DNA of 64,000 nucleotides. It comes from Raja brachyura (Eukaryota). The translations under genes and the position numbers were made by a program. The stretch spans positions 27,528,001 to 27,592,000 of the forward strand of contig OY740811.1 in the NCBI GenBank assembly GCA_963514005.1, read 5' to 3'. The notes below the pieces were generated by a model, which was not told the origin of the DNA, ran no database searches, and was given only the letters and a program-made list of their open reading frames with translations. This document shows, piece by piece, positions 63,327 through 64,000 of this stretch (positions are counted from its first letter, which is position 1; the number at the start of each line of letters is the position of its first letter).

Positions 63327-64000
63327 GACTAAATACTGACAGCTTGGGCCTGTGGAACTCATAATTCATTCTGAGGTGCAAACTTAAACACAAGAGAAAA
63401 AATACCAACCGCAAAAGTGTTATATATAAGAAAGAATGCCTAGTATCTGCTGAAGTAGAAGACAGCATGAAGTGGCAGTAAACTCCACAGATATTACAGG
63501 ACATTGTTAAAATCTTGGTAATTACTGCAGGGAACTGAAGTCCATTCATTATTACATCAAATGAATAGACATCTCTTTTAAGACAACTACCACCATCAAG
63601 ATACAGATTGAGGGCACAAATGCTCAGATTGAGGCCAATATGAACACAGGAAGGTGATTACATCAGCAGGAATATGACCAACTACCTATGCAGCATTGCA
63701 CGGTTAATGTAGGATTGTCAATGTACCATTTAACACAACATTCGAAACGTTGCAGAACCATTGCAACCCGATAGTCAGTCACACAGCATGGATACAGGCT
63801 CTTCAGCCCAAATTGCCCATGCCGACAAGATTTCCCATCAACGCGTTCCACCTGCCTGCGTTTGACCCGTATCTCTCTAAACCTTTCCTATCCATGTACA
63901 TGGCCAAATGTCTTTTAAATATTGTTATAATGCCTGCCTCAACTACTTCCTCTGGCAGCTTGTTCCATATACCCACCATAGAGTAACATGGGGGATTGTG

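Noticed and set aside
1-64000. Prokaryotic-type systems (operons, CRISPR arrays, defence islands)
   Set aside because: The DNA is clearly vertebrate (spliced genes, LINEs, SINEs). The recurring short repeats are dispersed rather than regularly spaced with unique spacers.
58500-64000. Terminal exon of FARSB, the expected downstream neighbour
   Set aside because: I found no FARSB-like C-terminal peptide; the short ORFs at 61-62 kb have no recognisable homology.

Overview
This window is eukaryotic vertebrate genomic DNA. The repeat content (HE1/V-SINE-like tRNA SINEs, CR1/HER1-type LINEs with (CATAGAAA)n tails, Penelope-derived elements) suggests a cartilaginous fish, probably a skate or ray; this is an inference. 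Two spliced genes lie head-to-head about 21 kb apart. On the minus strand are coding exons 1-4 of a Pax3/7 paired-box gene (ATG 15789; exons of 85, 236, 130 and 129 bp), with intron 4 running off the left edge. It is called PAX3 from its adjacency to SGPP2, although several residues are PAX7-like. On the plus strand is a complete 5-exon SGPP2 (36786-54551, 406 aa, all PAP2 catalytic motifs intact). The region ~2.2-19 kb around PAX3 is repeat-poor and CpG-retaining, with several enhancer-like blocks. The rest is dense in repeats: RTE and CR1 LINE fragments, SINEs, two hAT relics (one with TIRs and an 8-bp TSD) and Penelope fragments. The most notable observations are a dispersed family of short Penelope-pLTR-derived fold-back insertions with 11-16-bp TSDs and a minimal hammerhead-ribozyme core, a 69-bp-arm near-perfect hairpin in SGPP2 intron 1, and an identical +1 frameshift in two separate young CR1 copies. 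Nearly all other ORFs in the supplied track are spurious. Comparisons with human proteins and repeat consensuses are from recall, not from database searches.
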